The position numbers and the translations under genes are program-made. Under the pieces are notes generated by a model. That model was not told the origin of the DNA. It did no database searches and was given only the letters and a program-made list of their open reading frames with translations. From assembly GCF_009914755.1 (NCBI RefSeq), contig NC_060932.1: a stretch of DNA of 64,000 nt; one strand, 5' to 3'. Below, piece after piece: positions 18,040-35,597 of this stretch (within the stretch, counting starts at the first letter, position 1; each line of letters opens with the position of its first letter). This DNA comes from the human T2T-CHM13v2.0 reference genome, Homo sapiens.

Positions 18040-18461
18040 ATCTACTCCACTCCTTCCCCATCAAGAGGCATTCTTCAGTCAGGCACACCTTACCTCCAAT
18101 TCCAAGGGCAGGTCCTGAATGGTCTAAGCCAATCAGTATTATCCCATTTCCCACCACAATTAATTGAAAGATGAATGCATGTCCTGAAATGATCCAATCA
18201 GGACAAAGTTCAGGAAGTTTGTTCAGTGGCTCTAGGGAGAGATGGTAGCTCTTTTCTCTCACGACTATGAAGGAAGTCAATCTGAGAAGAGCCCACAGAC
18301 AGAAGTACAGAGCTGGGAGGATCTTAAGGAAAGGAAGACGGAGCCCTGACCTATCCTACCTCTACAATTTTTGGTTATGTGAGCCACTTAACTGCTTTTA
18401 TCAATTATCCCATTTGAACTGGGATTTATGACACTTGCAATTCAAAGCATCTAACTGATAC
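18040..18461 (+). mobile_element. Old ERVL solo LTR (LTR16-like)
   Basis: Paired ccaatcag motifs; end ...gacacttgcaattcaaagcatctaactgataca. Confidence 0.65.
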
Positions 18462-18655
18462 ATCCTGGTGCATGGCTGAATAAATCACTGAATGAAAGAC
18501 TGCACACTTCCAATTATTTAACTCAGACTTTAAGTTCCCTGGGAGCAGAAACCCTGGTCAATCTTGGTCACCCAGGGCCAAACAGAGTTTCTGTACACAG
18601 GCCCTCCTTAAGTACTTTTTAAAATAAATGAATGAAATGAAACTTAACAAATCAC

Positions 18656-19012
18656 GATCAGGCGCAGTAGCTCGTACCTGTAATCCCAGCACTTTGGGAG
18701 GCCAAGGTGGGTGGATCACCTGAGGTCAGGAGTTTGAGACCAGCCTGGCCAACATGGCGAAACCCCGCCTCTACTAAAAATACAAAAATTAGCTGGGCAT
18801 GGTGGCGGGCACCTGTAATCCCAGTTACTCAGGAGGCTGAGGCAGGAGAATAGGATAATCGCTTAAACCTGGGAGGCAGAGGTTGCAGTGAGCCAAGATC
18901 GATCGCTTAAACCTGGGAGGCAGAGGTTGCAGTGAGCCAAGATCAAGCCACTGCTTTCCAGCCTGGGCGGCAGAGCGAGACTCTGTCTCAAGAAAAAAAA
19001 AAAAAAAAAAAA
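18656..19012 (+). mobile_element. Alu (AluSx-like) with internal 44-bp duplication
   Basis: ATCGCTTAAACC...GCCAAGATC x2 at 18858-18944. Confidence 0.93.
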
Positions 19013-19387
<375 letters not shown>

Positions 19388-20310
19388 CTACCTGGATCAA
19401 AGGAGGGTCAAGAGGAAGCCCATATGATTTTGGAGCCATCAGACAGGGCTGGGCTCAAATCGTGACTCTAAATAAGCCTCGGCTTCTTCCCCTGAAAAAT
19501 GGAGACAATAATACCTATTTCCCTGGGCAGGAGGAGCCATGTCAAAGAACCAGGGGGAGGTCTCATTCAAGAAATATTTATTTCCCCCCTGTTCAGCTAA
19601 CCCTACTTCATTCCATGGGTTCTGCTCTGGGGTTCAGAAACGGGAGTCATCATATGGACAGAGTGGTGGGACACAGCCCAGATCACCCAGCAGAGCCAGC
19701 CCTGGGAGGATGAGAACAGGTGAGGCACACCCTAAGCCTCCCATACCTCAATATCCATCAGTCCCTTTAGGAGCAGCATCCTAGGCAGACAGCATAGATA
19801 AAACTGGGCCATCCAGCTTCTTGGTTTTGCTGGTTGCCTCCTTACAGAGGGGTGGGACTAGTGCAACTCCCATTATCATAGATCTGTACAACCTTAGAGG
19901 CTGTCATTTAACCGTTTAGAAGTAATATGGAACTTGGCCAGACTGTAAGCTCCAAGAGGGCAGGGGCTTGAATCATTCACTAGTCCATCTCTGGTACCCA
20001 GGTAGGCAATCAATGGAATATTTCCTGAGTACATGAGTGAAGATGAATGAGTGGATAAACAAATATTGATGAAATCAAGATCTCAGAAGAGAACTATGGC
20101 AAAACCCTATTATTTAGTACAGTCTGCTGGCTATGCAGCAGCTAAATCAAATACCAGGCAATGCAAGGGGCTTCTGAAACTGGCAGACCTAGACTGAATT
20201 CTGGCCTTGTCAGAGCCCAGGCCTATGACCTCGGGCAAGTTCCTAAACTCTCTGAGCTAGTTTCTTTAACAAACACAATTATCAAGATTAAATAAAAATT
20301 TTTTAATTGC

Positions 20311-20820
20311 GGCCAGATGCAGTGGCTTGTGCCTGTAATCTCAGCACTTTGGGAGGCCGAGGTGGGAGGATGGCTTGAGCCCAAGAGTTCAAGACCAGCC
20401 TGAGCAACATGGGAGACCCCTTCTCTAAACATACAAAAAATTAGCCACGCATGGTGCTGCTTGCCTGTGGTCCCAGCTACTCGGGGAGGCTGAGGTGGAT
20501 CACCTGAGCCTGGGAAGTCAAGGCTGCAGTGAGCCATGATTGCGCCACTGCACTCCAGCCTGGGCAACAGAGTGAAACCCTGTTTAAAAAAAAAGAAAGA
20601 AAGAAAGAACAAAAGAAAGAAGGACAGAAAAAGAAAAAAAATTAGCTAGGTGTGATGTGTGCCTGTAGTCCCAGATACTCAGGAGGGAGGCAGGATGATT
20701 GCTTGAGCCTGGGAGACTGAGGCTGCAGTAAGCTAGAATCATACCACTGCACACCAACCTGGGCCACAGAGCAAGGCCTTGTCTCAAAAAAATGAAATAA
20801 CATAAATTAAAATAAAAATA
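20311..20820 (+). mobile_element. AluJ plus an extra right arm
   Basis: Dimer 20311-20600, A-rich spacer, second right arm about 20640-20820. Confidence 0.9.
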
Positions 20821-21164
20821 AACGTGGGGTGATGTCAATTAAAGTGTCTAGCCCAGCATCTATGGCATAAAATAGGGACCCAGAAAATGTCCCTTCCCTA
20901 TGAATGCCCTTTACGTTTGGAAACAGCTATCATATGTCTCCCCTGTCTCCTATTTCTTGTTAAATATTTCAGCTAATTTAATGGTATCCTTAAATGACTT
21001 GATTTCAGAGCCCTCTTCTATCCCTCCCCTCTGCAAAGTCTCCATCTGTTAAAACCCCACTCGGGGTATTGCATAACCAGCTCGCAGAATCAGCAGCACG
21101 CTCCTGTTTGCTCATTCATCTGTTAATTCATTCACTGAGTAAACACTGATTAAAAACCTACTAT

Positions 21165-21690
21165 ATTGGACATCCTTGGCTTTTGCCTACCCACCATTCA
21201 CAAACGGTACCCGCATTTCCCTGGAAACCTGCAATCTTTCCCTCATTCTCAGTCTCTGTACCTGAGCAGGTGCAAGCTGCACCCAATCTCCCTCAGGGGG
21301 AGGGCATTTGATCCAAGATGGCCAATCAGAGCGTCGCATTTGCCTGCCACAGCGATTGGTTCAGGGCTGTGCATGTTACCCAGAAAAGACCAATCAGAAA
21401 GACAGTTGGACTCAGTTCTAAGACTTGTTGAACTACTGGAACAGTGGCCTTTTTTTACCTCCTGCTAGAACCGCTGACAACCATTTTGGACCACAATCCA
21501 CAAGAAAAGGGAGGCAGCGTTAAAGATGGTGAAAAACTGTGTAAGCCTTGGCAACACTTTAAGCCTTGGATCCTCCAGGCCTTATGTTTCACTCCTAGAT
21601 TCTTCAATTACATAAACCAACAAATCCCCTTTCTGCGGAAGCCAGTTCGAGGCGAGATTCTGTTTCAAGGTCGACAGAATCCTGACTAAT
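21165..21690 (+). mobile_element. Old ERVL solo LTR (LTR16-like)
   Basis: tggccaatcagagc...gattggttcaggg...gaccaatcag; end cagaatcctgactaat. Confidence 0.65.
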
Positions 21691-22880
21691 GAAATCCGAA
21701 GTGCTGTGGTGTATGCTGCATGCTGGCTATACACAGATGAAGCAAGGTGATCCATACCATCCTTCCAGGCACTCACAGGCTGATGTGGAGACAGCCACAA
21801 ACAATTACAGCTATTTAAAGCCAATAAGATAACTGCTTTAATTAAATACTACACAGTGCAATATGAGCACAGCAAAGCACCTGGGTCCAGGAAGGCCTCA
21901 CAGAGCAATGGCGATTAAACCTATTCCCTCTCTCTATTCAGGCAGTGAAGATGGAATTACTAGTTGGAGGAGTCAGATAACACTGTTGATTCACATTCAT
22001 CTTACAGTAAACTAAAACCATTACATCCCACGTTGCACAGAAGGGCGATGATACTTAAAGCTCTTAACAGCTCTCTCTGAGCCTACAAAATACTGTCTCA
22101 AGAGACCAGCAAAGTGCTAAGGTCAAATAACTCTCACTTGCAAGTGTTTCATCTGAATTGTGCAGATAATGGAACGCTCTTAAATACTACCCAGGTCAGT
22201 TTTTGTGATTTTGATTCCATACGCTTAAATTTTCATTCCATCCTTCTTGACCATTTGGATTTCTTGTCCATTTGTGTGCTGATCACATCACAACAGCATC
22301 AAAACAGCCCTTTCAAGATGAATAACCTACTTACTGAATTTATTTCCAGATGATCAAGGGAAGGGGAAGAGAGAAAGTCTCTGGTTCTATAAAACATTTC
22401 CTGATGGGTTAGAAATGTGGCTGATTGCAGAAAACAACAATAACAACAATAAAAAGCACCTCTGGGAACATCTGTTTTGAGAAGAAAGGCCCCTAAAGGT
22501 CAGTCTTTTTAAGTGAACAGAAGCTGGTGTCTCTTAGTCCTTTGATGATGCATACTCAACGGGAAAGTTGTAAAGATAAAATAATTCAGGAAACGAGGAC
22601 ATCGCAGGACAAATTCTCCTTGCCTTTATTGTTTCTAAACACATCAGCAATTCATGTGGTCCAGAAACACAAGCTACAGCTTTCCAGAACAAAGAATCTT
22701 ACAGTTGGAAAAATTAGTACTGACTGAATACTTCCATGTGGACTCAAGAGAGGTGCCAGGGACTAGTGTCAGGAGAGACGAAGTTAAGATGCCTCTCAGA
22801 TAACTCAGATTTCTATGAAGCAGCTGGGTTACCCGTTTCCAAAACACCTTGCAGGCCGTCATGGAATTTCCCTTCCTCTA

Positions 22881-23250
<370 letters not shown>

Positions 23251-23589
23251 TTATCACACATTTACTGGGCAGCTCTGTAGTCCAGGTATCAGCAGGCAAT
23301 GGAGAGAACTCCAGTGTTATGGATGTGTGAGGACACCTCCTCACATCCTTACCCGTGTGATCTGTCTTACCTGTGAGCAGATAACACAGGGAACTGCCTG
23401 TTGCTTGGCAAATGCTCAATAAATGTTGGTTTCCCATGGGGCATATGCAACCCCACCAAGGGGACCTGCCAAATCTCCTCTATAAACATTCAAAGAAACA
23501 TAAAAGGACACATAGCAGGATATCTTCCACCCACCCAAGACCCACAATCCCCTAAGCTTTTCCAAGAGATATACAGAATTCCCCCAGAC

Positions 23590-23591
<2 letters not shown>

Positions 23592-23622
<31 letters not shown>
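23592..23622. repeat. (TG)n microsatellite
   Basis: Direct. Confidence 0.95.
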
Positions 23623-23624
<2 letters not shown>

Positions 23625-23857
23625 TTCCAGCAATCGCCCAGGCATAATCAAGCATGAGTATGTGTGTGGGTGGGTGTGTATAAACACTTATACCCTCTTC
23701 TTGTTTTCCTACATCTGGCAGCATACCACATATACTTTCCTGCAAATTGCTTTATTCTTAAACTTAAGAATATATCCTGAAAATCATTCCTTCTTAGCAG
23801 ATATGACCTACTATTTTAAACAATGGCGGAGCAATCCACTTTAAGAATATACATTCA

Positions 23858-24497
<640 letters not shown>

Positions 24498-24499
24498 TA

Positions 24500-24780
24500 A
24501 ATCAATTCCTTATTGACATACATTAAGTTGCTTCCACAGTCTTTCTATTACTAGCAATGCTGCAATGAGTATATGTTACATGCATCTTCACACACATTTA
24601 TAACTATAGGAAACATAGAATTTATAAGAGAAAATCCTTGAAGCAGAATTGCAGGATCAGAGGGTATGTGCACTCAGAATGGTGCCAAATGGCCCTCCAA
24701 AGAAGTTGTACTAATTTTCACTCTCATCAGTAGTAGAATGAGTATGCCTGTTTCTCCAACCACAGTCACAAAAGGTTGTT
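24500..24780 (-). mobile_element. Old L1 (L1M-type) fragment
   Basis: cttattgacatacattaagttgcttcc...gcaatgctgcaatg...agaattgcaggatcagagggtatg. Confidence 0.6.
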
Positions 24781-24923
24781 TTGTTTTTAAATACAAAAGA
24801 AGAAAGGCAGAGCTCACTCTTGTCCCATTGTCTCTTCTTGCCCCTGTGATATCATTAATGACATGACTACTTCTTAAAAATTCCACACCTGGATGCAAAA
24901 CCCAGAGATCAAAGTTTAAAAAA

Positions 24924-25470
<547 letters not shown>

Positions 25471-25502
25471 AACAGAGTTTAAAATAAAATGAATGCCAAA
25501 GG

Positions 25503-26066
<564 letters not shown>

Positions 26067-26339
26067 GTAGACTACAGTGAAAACTGAGGGTATACCACCC
26101 TCCTTTGAATATTTTGCCCTCAATGGTGACCTGGTCACAAATTCTTGGAACCTAAGGATTGGAAGATGTCTGAAAGGACATCTAATCCTTACGTCTTCTA
26201 ATACTGCCTCTCCCTTAGTCCCTCTATGTAGATGTAAGTAGTGCCATTGATACTTCTTCACCATTATTTCATATACCCATCTCTTTATCGCTTAGTGCCT
26301 ACTCTTGGTGATTTCCCATAGTATAATACTTGCAAACAC

Positions 26340-26570
26340 AGACCCAAGGCTACCCAAGACAGCCTGGAGTCAAATCCCAGATCCATCACTTACCAGCTAT
26401 GTGACCATGAGCTAGTGGCTTAAACTGCTATTTAGTTTATTTGTCTATAAAATTCAGATGATCATAATGCCTCCTCATAATTTTGTTCTAAGGAGTAAAT
26501 GAATTAATGCAAATAAAGTACACAGAACAATGGCATGTACTATGCACTTAACAAATTTTAACTGTCATCG
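26340..26570 (+). mobile_element. MIR
   Basis: agacagcctggagtcaaatcccagatccatcacttaccagctatgtgacc... Confidence 0.75.
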
Positions 26571-27358
26571 TCTCTCAGCTCAGCTCATTAATTCTCTCTT
26601 TAGCTATGTCTAATCTGTCATTTAACTCTTTTGTTGGATTTCAATTTTAATGATTATTTTTCCTTTCAATTCAGCTGCTCTTCAAGTCAACCTATTCTTT
26701 TTCCATCTTTCTTTACATTTTTTATATCATCCTTAGTTCTTAATCATTTTATTTCTTTTTTCTTGTGAACCTAAACTAAGACATCTTAATCATTTTAAAT
26801 ATACCATTTTTATAGTCTCTTATAAATGGTTTTATTATTTCCAACTTGGAATGGTTTCCTGAATATAGTTTTTCATTGTGAACTCGTCTTCAGAGGTCAT
26901 TCTCACTGTGGGAGTGCTGTTAGGTATAGGTTGTTGAAATATGCCTATGGAATGACTTTGCGTTCGCAGTAGAGGTTTCCATGGTACTAGACCAGTTCTT
27001 ACGTTAATTTTTCAGGTTGAAGGGTCTCATACCTCATAAGTAATAAAAAATACAGATTCCACAACCATATATAGTACAATCCCATGTGTTTAAGTTCTTG
27101 CTGGTAACTTTTTTTCCAGTCAAGTCAAGCTTCCTCTCTATTTCTCCAAGTATTGAAGTTTTTCTAGCCCCTTTTCATGAAAAAGTCAGACCTTCAAGGC
27201 TCCAGAGCACTCAATTCCACCTTGAGTCCAGGCCTCCTTCCTAGAGCCACCGTGCCATTAAAACTTTGGCCCTCAGGCTCTATAGCTTCTGTGCAAAAGC
27301 CCCAGGAGTAGTCATGGCTTCAGCTCACATGCCACCATTTAGCTTAAATTTGTCCTCC

Positions 27359-27666
27359 TTTTTTTTTTTTTTTTTTTTTTTTTTGAGGTGGATTCTTGCT
27401 CTGTCGCCCAGGCTAGAGTGCAGTGGCTTAATCTCTGCTCACTGCAACTTTCCCCTCCCAGGTTCAGGCAATTCTCCTGCCTCAGCCTCCTGAGTAGCTG
27501 GAATTACAGGCATGCGCCACCACACCCGGCTGATTTTTGTATTTTCAGTAGAGACAGGCCTTCGCCATGTTGGCCAGGCTGGTCTGGAACTCCTGACCTC
27601 AAGGGATCTGCCTGCCTTGGCCTCCCAAAGTGCTAGGATTACAGGCGTGAGCCACCGCGGCCGGCC
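27359..27666 (-). mobile_element. Alu (AluS-type)
   Basis: Full dimer. Confidence 0.95.
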
Positions 27667-28349
27667 TATCCTCATTTTTGACATTTGCAGGTTTCCCTTT
27701 CTTCAGCGCTCCCCTAGATAAAATTCTTATATTTCCATCAATTCTGTATTCATACCAGGAAGGACTCACACAAGTCAGCTTAGTCCACCATGCTGCCAGA
27801 AGTATTCCAGGTCACTAAATTTAATATAACCACTTATCCACACTTGAGTTCTGCCCACATTAAAATTGTATCTACTCAAGGGTTAGCTTCTGAAGCCAGC
27901 ATGTTGTGTGAAAATTGAAAGAAGCCAAAATTCCCCTTGAAAAATCCCACAATAAGGTCTCAGGTTGGAGACAAACAAACCATCTTTCATGAAGTCCAAC
28001 ACAGCCAGTCTTTCCTTCAGCACTGGATTTGGTTTCTTAGGGTTGGGCACCATATGTAATAACTGGCTTAGATTTAGGGGCCATGTTGTGTGATAATTAA
28101 AATCCATAAATATGAGAAACATATTTGGTGGCACAAGATGCTCACATCCTAAAAAGCCATGAGAACAAATGACCAACAGACGGAATAGCAGATCCATGTC
28201 TGCCATTCACACCCACTCCAAGAGAGACGCCCATTGGGTGGAATGACAGGATCACCTACACTATTTAAAGTGGTGTTTTATCCTTTTGCTTTTGTTGAGC
28301 AAGTATATTTGGATACGGCCAAGGTGGAAGCATGAATCTATGTTGACAG

Positions 28350-28540
28350 ACGTCAGAATAGTGCTTATCTCTGGGGCAACACTAAGTGCAAAGGGCATGA
28401 GGGACCTTTCTAGAAATATTGTATATCCTGATTTGGGTGGTGATTAGATGGGTGTAACATATCAAAATTTCACCAAGCTGTACGATTAAGATTTGTGCAT
28501 TTTACAGCATGTAAGATAGCTCGATTAAAATAAAAGTTAA
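28350..28540 (+). mobile_element. Old L1 (L1M-type) 3' end
   Basis: aagggcatgagggacctttctagaaatattgtatatcctgatttgggtggtg...gtgcattttac. Confidence 0.65.
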
Positions 28541-28767
28541 AAGCACGCCTACGTAGAAATGGCTGTACAGTATTTTGCCAAAGGTCCCCATCCTATGGTT
28601 AAGCCTCACCAGTGAGGATAGTTGGGAGTCTAGGAAACCGGGGGAAAAAAGAAGTAGAAAAGGGAAGTGCACTGTCACAGACAGAGGGCACCCAGGCTCC
28701 AAGAGTCAATGGTTTTCCGTGAAGGCCCTTATAGGGTTGACAAGACTACATTAGTTAAGAGCACTGA

Positions 28768-29052
<285 letters not shown>

Positions 29053-29224
29053 TAAACTAATAATTTGACCTAAAAACCTTGTAGGTTCATGGAATGAATG
29101 AATATTCATAGAGTGAATGAAGGGGTGTATATGTATTCTGATTTCAACAGAGGTAGGAGGTTCTTATTTCTATGCAACTGAAATCCATCTTGTAGCCATC
29201 ACCATCCACTTTAATTTTTCCTCA

Positions 29225-29430
29225 TAGGAAGTGTGGTTAAGAGTGCTGGCTCTGGAGCCAGATGACCATGGTCAAATTCCAGCTCTGTTACTTACCAACT
29301 GGGTAACCTTGAATGAGTTAATCAAATTCCAGGCCTCAGTTTCTTCTCCTGTAAAAGAGTTATAGCAAGGATTAAGCAAGTTACAACAGTTCTCAGTACA
29401 CAGAAAGCCCCCGGTAAATCCTAGCTATTG
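29225..29430 (+). mobile_element. MIR
   Basis: gtggttaagagtgctggctctggagccaga...gcctcagtttcttctcctgtaaaa. Confidence 0.8.
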
Positions 29431-29481
29431 TTTTTTTCCCATAGTAGAGGTACAGTTTGGGAATAACAACTCCAAATAGCA

Positions 29482-29744
29482 TTTGTTTGTTTGATTGTTT
29501 GTTTGTTTTTAAGACATAGTCTTGCTCTGTCGCCTAGGCTGGAGTGCAGTGGCACGATCTCGGCTCACTGCAACCTCTGCCTCCCAGGTTCAAGCAAGCA
29601 TGCCTGGCTAATATTTTTTATTTTTAGTAGAGACAGGGTTTCATCATGTTGGCCAGGCTGGTCTTGAACTCCTGACCTCAAGTGATCCACCAGCCTTGAC
29701 CTCCCAAAGTGCTGAATTACAGGCATGAACCACCGCACCCAGCC
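29482..29744 (-). mobile_element. Alu with internal deletion
   Basis: ttcaagcaagcatgcctggc junction; TSD CCA(A/G)ATAGCATTTGT. Confidence 0.92.
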
Positions 29745-30669
29745 CCAGATAGCATTTGTACAGTCCATTATATCACTGAATTGTTTTGCAAACAGTTTTC
29801 TCATTTAATGCTCAAAATAGTCTGGTATATTACAAATAAATAAACATTCAGAGAAGTTGAATAATTTGCTGAAGGTTGCACAGCAAGTAAAGAACAAAGA
29901 CCTAAACCAAACTCCTATGACTGAAGGACAGTTTGGCTGGACTGTGTTGTCCTTAGGAGCATATATGGTGGGGCCAGCGCTATCCATGGAGATTCAGTAT
30001 AAAGGATATTGGGACCCTTGGCTGCAGCAGCAAGTCTTGGTCCCAGCAAAATGCTCAGTTCAACTTGAGTTTAAAACGGTCTTAGTCATTCTGTCCCCTG
30101 AATCACTTCCTGTTTCAGGTTTCTACTTTGCAGAGAAAGAAACACAAACAGGTACATTACGCCAGCCTTGTCACCCTCCAAAATCTCCTACAGCAACAAA
30201 AGCTGATGAATTAAAGAGAAGTTTCATAAAACCACAGTTAACATCCCATTTAATGCATTAGCCAGCAGTTAGTGTGAAGATCTGAGCAAAGTCGGCAGTG
30301 TCTAGACACTCTTATTATTGAATGGAAGAGAAACAGGATGACTTTTTCTCTGGCCTTTATTCTGATTAAATCTTTAGCTGCCTTAGTGTTTTCTCTTTGC
30401 TTTTCATTGGGTGCTGAAACTACCGGAAGCTACTTAACCAGCCTTGTTTTATTCACAAAAGGTTTAGGGGCCATGTCTAATTGTCCAGAGAGAACCCTAT
30501 CTGCTGATAATTTCAGCCACTTCGGCTGCTTTTGCAGCTTTTTGTTTGCCAGTGTAGGTTTTCTTTCTGTCGTTCTTCTTGCTATGGCATGAGTGTGGTT
30601 TCACATTCCCTTTTAAATAATAATCACCGAACTGCTCAGTGGCCAAGAAGAGGATTTAAGAACCATCTA

Positions 30670-30942
30670 GGCCAGGCACGGTGGCTCACCCGTAATCCTA
30701 ACATTTTAGGAGGCTGAGGTGGGAGGATCACTTGAGCCCAGTAATTTAGGGAGCTCTCGTCTCTACAAACAATTTAAAAATTAGCTGAGCGTGGTGGCAC
30801 ATGCCTGTAGTCCCAGCTACTTGGCAGGCTGAGACAGGAGGATCACTTGAGCCCAGGAGGTCGAGGCTGCAGTGACCCATGATGTGCACTGTGCTCCAGC
30901 CTGGGTGACAGAGCAACCCGTCTCCAAAGAAAATAAAAAAAA
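30670..30942 (+). mobile_element. AluJ
   Basis: TSD AAGAACCATCTA. Confidence 0.92.
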
Positions 30943-30984
30943 GAACCATCTAAGCATACTGCATACTCACAAACTATGTCCTCT

Positions 30985-31155
30985 TATGTACACACATAGA
31001 CTCCACACATACCACACATTCATTCCATGTACACACACCACACATACACCATACACACATCCCATGCACACACCCCACACACATCCCAGGAACATACCCC
31101 ACGCACATGCACACCACACACACACACCCCACATCACTCACACACCCAGCACACC
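30985..31155. repeat. CA-rich degenerate simple repeat
   Basis: Imperfect (CA/CACC/CATA)n. Confidence 0.85.
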
Positions 31156-32049
31156 CAGGGCATAGAGTGTGGCTCTGATAGAAGTAACATGGGCCTCTAA
31201 ACAAGTGTGGCTTCTTTTCATTTCCAAGCTATAGGCAGAAAGCCTGGACTACAGCTCTAGAAACCAGATCTCGCCTCCTCTTCAGCCTCATAGCATGTGT
31301 CTCATCCCTTCTCAGTCTTTCGGAGCATCTGACTTGGGCAAGTCACTTAACTTCTGTTATAAAGTGAGGACACTCATTCACTCAATAGCTACTGATCACC
31401 TATTGTGTGCCAAGCATTGTGGCCATGGAAATAATTCCATGAATTAAACCGTCCCAGCCACCCAGGAGCTCTCCAAGATTAGGGGAGCAATTACAGGCAG
31501 ATGAACGCTCTGAAGGAAAGGGGATGAGGCAATCTCTGAAAAGGGTATTTAATTAACTCAGCAGGGGATGGAAAGTGATGGATAATCGAAGAAAGACTTC
31601 CCCAAGGAGGTAATACTGAAGCTGAGAAGTAAAAGTTAAGTTAGAATTGGCCAGAGGCAGGAAGGGATCCAGGCAGAGCTCTCCGCACAGGCAAAGGCTG
31701 GCAAGTTAGACTGCTGGTCCATTCAGTTAAGCACAGGAGGTGGAAGAGGGATGGGCCTCGGTATGTCAGGGGTGGGCTTGCCAGGGTTACCCGCCTGGGC
31801 CAGGTGCCCCCCTGAGGTCCCTCCCAGCCCTCAAGGCAGATTCTATCATCTTCTGAGAGCCCAGGTCCTCTCCTTCCCTGACAGCCTTTTCACCAGCATG
31901 CTGAAGTCGGCTCCAGAGGACAAGGGGAGTCCCAACCACCTCACGTGGACTCCTGCTCCTTCCTCTTTCGTCTCCTCTCAGCAGTGACCAGACAGTGACT
32001 CAGGGAAGGGAGCTGTCCTCTATTTGTCATTTAGTTCTTTAAAAAATAC

Positions 32050-32165
32050 TCGCCTGTAGTCCCAGCTACTCTAGGGGCTGAGAAAGGAGGATCACTTGAG
32101 CCTTGGAGTTCAATTCTAGCCTGGGCAACATAGTGAGACCCTGTCTCTATAAAAATAAAAATTAA
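32050..32165 (+). mobile_element. FLAM_A-like Alu monomer, 5' truncated
   Basis: gcctgtagtcccagctact...gcctgggcaacatagtgagaccc; TSD TTAAAAAA(T/C)AC. Confidence 0.8.
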
Positions 32166-33071
32166 AAAACACCCAGCGCTCTTATACCCAACTAGCCTTC
32201 TAACCAACTCCCTCCTTTCTCCCACCCAGTCCCTCACCTAGCTGAGAAAGGCTGGATTTCTCTGTGTCCTTATCCGTCTCCTCCAAGAGACTTTAAGCTT
32301 TAAGCTACCTGAGGGCTCATGCTAGGTTTTGGTCATCCTGGTGTCCCCCACACCCGGTACTATGCCTGATGTCTAGTAGATCAAACTGATTCCCCTCCCT
32401 GAAAATGAGCACTGCCCAGAACCCACCCACAGGGCAGCCTGTCTGAGGCCAAGGCAGGAGACCCAGAATCCAGCCGACCCAACACTCCTCCCCACAGCAC
32501 TCTGTAGGAGACTCTGCCCTGTGAATCCCAATTTGAAAACTGACAGCTATGTTAGTCTAATTCCCTCATTTTATCAACAAAGAACCTCAGGCCCAAAAGA
32601 ATGATATGACTTGCCCAAGGTCTCTCAGCAAATGTGATATAAAGTTTTTTTAAAGGAGCAAAACATCGCTTAAATGGAAGCCTATCTATCACCCCTACCA
32701 GAAACGTTGCTTATTTTAAGAAGAAAACCCTTAATGTTTGCAAGTCGAATGGAAGCTTTCCTTTCTCTGACCAATTTTGCCATACTTTCATGACTCCTGG
32801 GATGCTCTAGGCAGCACTAAAAGTTCCCACTGAAGCAAATCTATTTACAAAGGTGACCAGGAATTGTTTTAGGGATTGGATATATTTTTGATTATGGATC
32901 ATTTTTAAAGTTAATTATCTATTATGTGATCTAAGGCTATAATAATTTTTTAAACAATTGAGCCTCCCAAACCACTTAGATGCTTCCTGGTTTTTAAAAA
33001 TGTTTTGCTATTTTAAAATGTTTTGCTATTAAACAACTTTACTAGAAGTAAAAAAAAAAAAAAATCACAGA

Positions 33072-33672
<601 letters not shown>

Positions 33673-34159
33673 TGATTTTTAAGGAAGACATTTCTACCCA
33701 TAATCCCTCCACCAAAAGAAAGAATTCCTTACAATTCTGTGTCCTCCTAAACTGTTTTATCCACAGTTCTGTACTCTGGACATATGTATGTATTTCATTA
33801 AAACACATTACCTTTAGTATAAAAGATTGTTAAATAGTTTCCTTTTTTCTTAAAAAATAAAAAAGACAAAAACTTTTATTATGCAAGTCACTGGCACCAT
33901 GTTTCTGATAAACGCCACGGAGCAAAACCCAGGCTACAAGTTAAGAGCACCTGGAAATTCTGGGTTTGAGACTTTTAAAGCAACATTTTCTAGCCTGCTT
34001 CATTCCATAATTATTCTGACACTTTCCACATCCCACTTAATAGGAAACAGACGAAGGAAAACAGGTGTTTTGCTTATTCTACTTGGCATAGCATGCTCTA
34101 CTGCAGAAGTTTGCAGCAGTTGCTTATTGCTGTATTTTTCCTGCAAGTGAAATGACATC

Positions 34160-34308
34160 TCTGGTTTGTCCAGAGTTTAAAAATACTGCAGCCGGGTCCC
34201 CACTCTGCATAATTAAACAGACTCTCTGGGGAAGCACCCCAGCACCATATTGCTCCAAAGCTCCCCAGGTGATTTTCATGTGCAGCTGGGACTGACAAGC
34301 ACCAGGCT
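34160..34308. mobile_element. MER5-type DNA transposon fossil
   Basis: tttaaaaatactgcagccgggtcccca...aagctccccaggtgattttcatgtgcagc. Confidence 0.7.
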
Positions 34309-35135
34309 AAGATAACTCATTAGTCAAAGGAAGCCCATGGGAAATCTTATCTGGAAATGAAGAACTCTTGTAATTAAATAAAATAGCAGATGTAAAAGTC
34401 CCTAACAGTGCCTGTTACCCAGAAGACAATAAATGTTAATTAAACAAAAAAAAAATTTAAATAATTACTCCTTCCCCTCAGTGGATTCATCTTGTTATTT
34501 TATTGGCTTGTTTATCACTTGTTTTTTTTTCTTTACCATGATTCATTCTATCCCTGTTAATAAAATTATAAACTTATGCCTATAATCCTGTTCAATTACA
34601 AGAGCTCTGTAATATTTCTAACAACGCTTTATTGCTTTATTTAATAAAACTTTCCCCCAGTACAGTGGCTTATAGCAAATATGCAATAAACATCTGCTAT
34701 TTATAATAATAATGGATATTCAGAATTACTTTAATTCAGAATTCATGACCGTTTTTCTAAACTAGACTGAAATTTATTTCACATTATTAGGACCAGTTAG
34801 CAACAATGTAAAAAATTATTACGGCAATGTTTAACAAACTTAAGAAAACAGACCTTTAAGCAAACCAATTCTTTTTTATAATTTCCTGGGAAAAAACTAA
34901 ATGCAGTCATTACACAGGTGAACTTATCTCCCATTCAAGGAGGCCTTGCTCAGCTCTTCCCATAGTTACCTGGAGAGGCTAATACTGCAATTAGTTATAA
35001 GCGGTTTTTCCTTCCAATTTCTCCCTACGGCTGCCTCTCTGAGCGTGAATTTGGAAGGTGATTCTTAATGTTTACATTACCCCTCAGTTCTGAGAAGCCA
35101 AACATTTGTTTGAAAAAAAGAAATAGAATTTCTGA

Positions 35136-35597
<462 letters not shown>

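Noticed and set aside
32050-32165. Possible BC200 (BCYRN1) pseudogene
   Set aside because: It lacks BC200 diagnostic bases and the 3' unique domain; it fits FLAM_A
34370-34900. Very AT-rich block (MAR-like)
   Set aside because: No specific structure; probably decayed old L1 or neutral sequence
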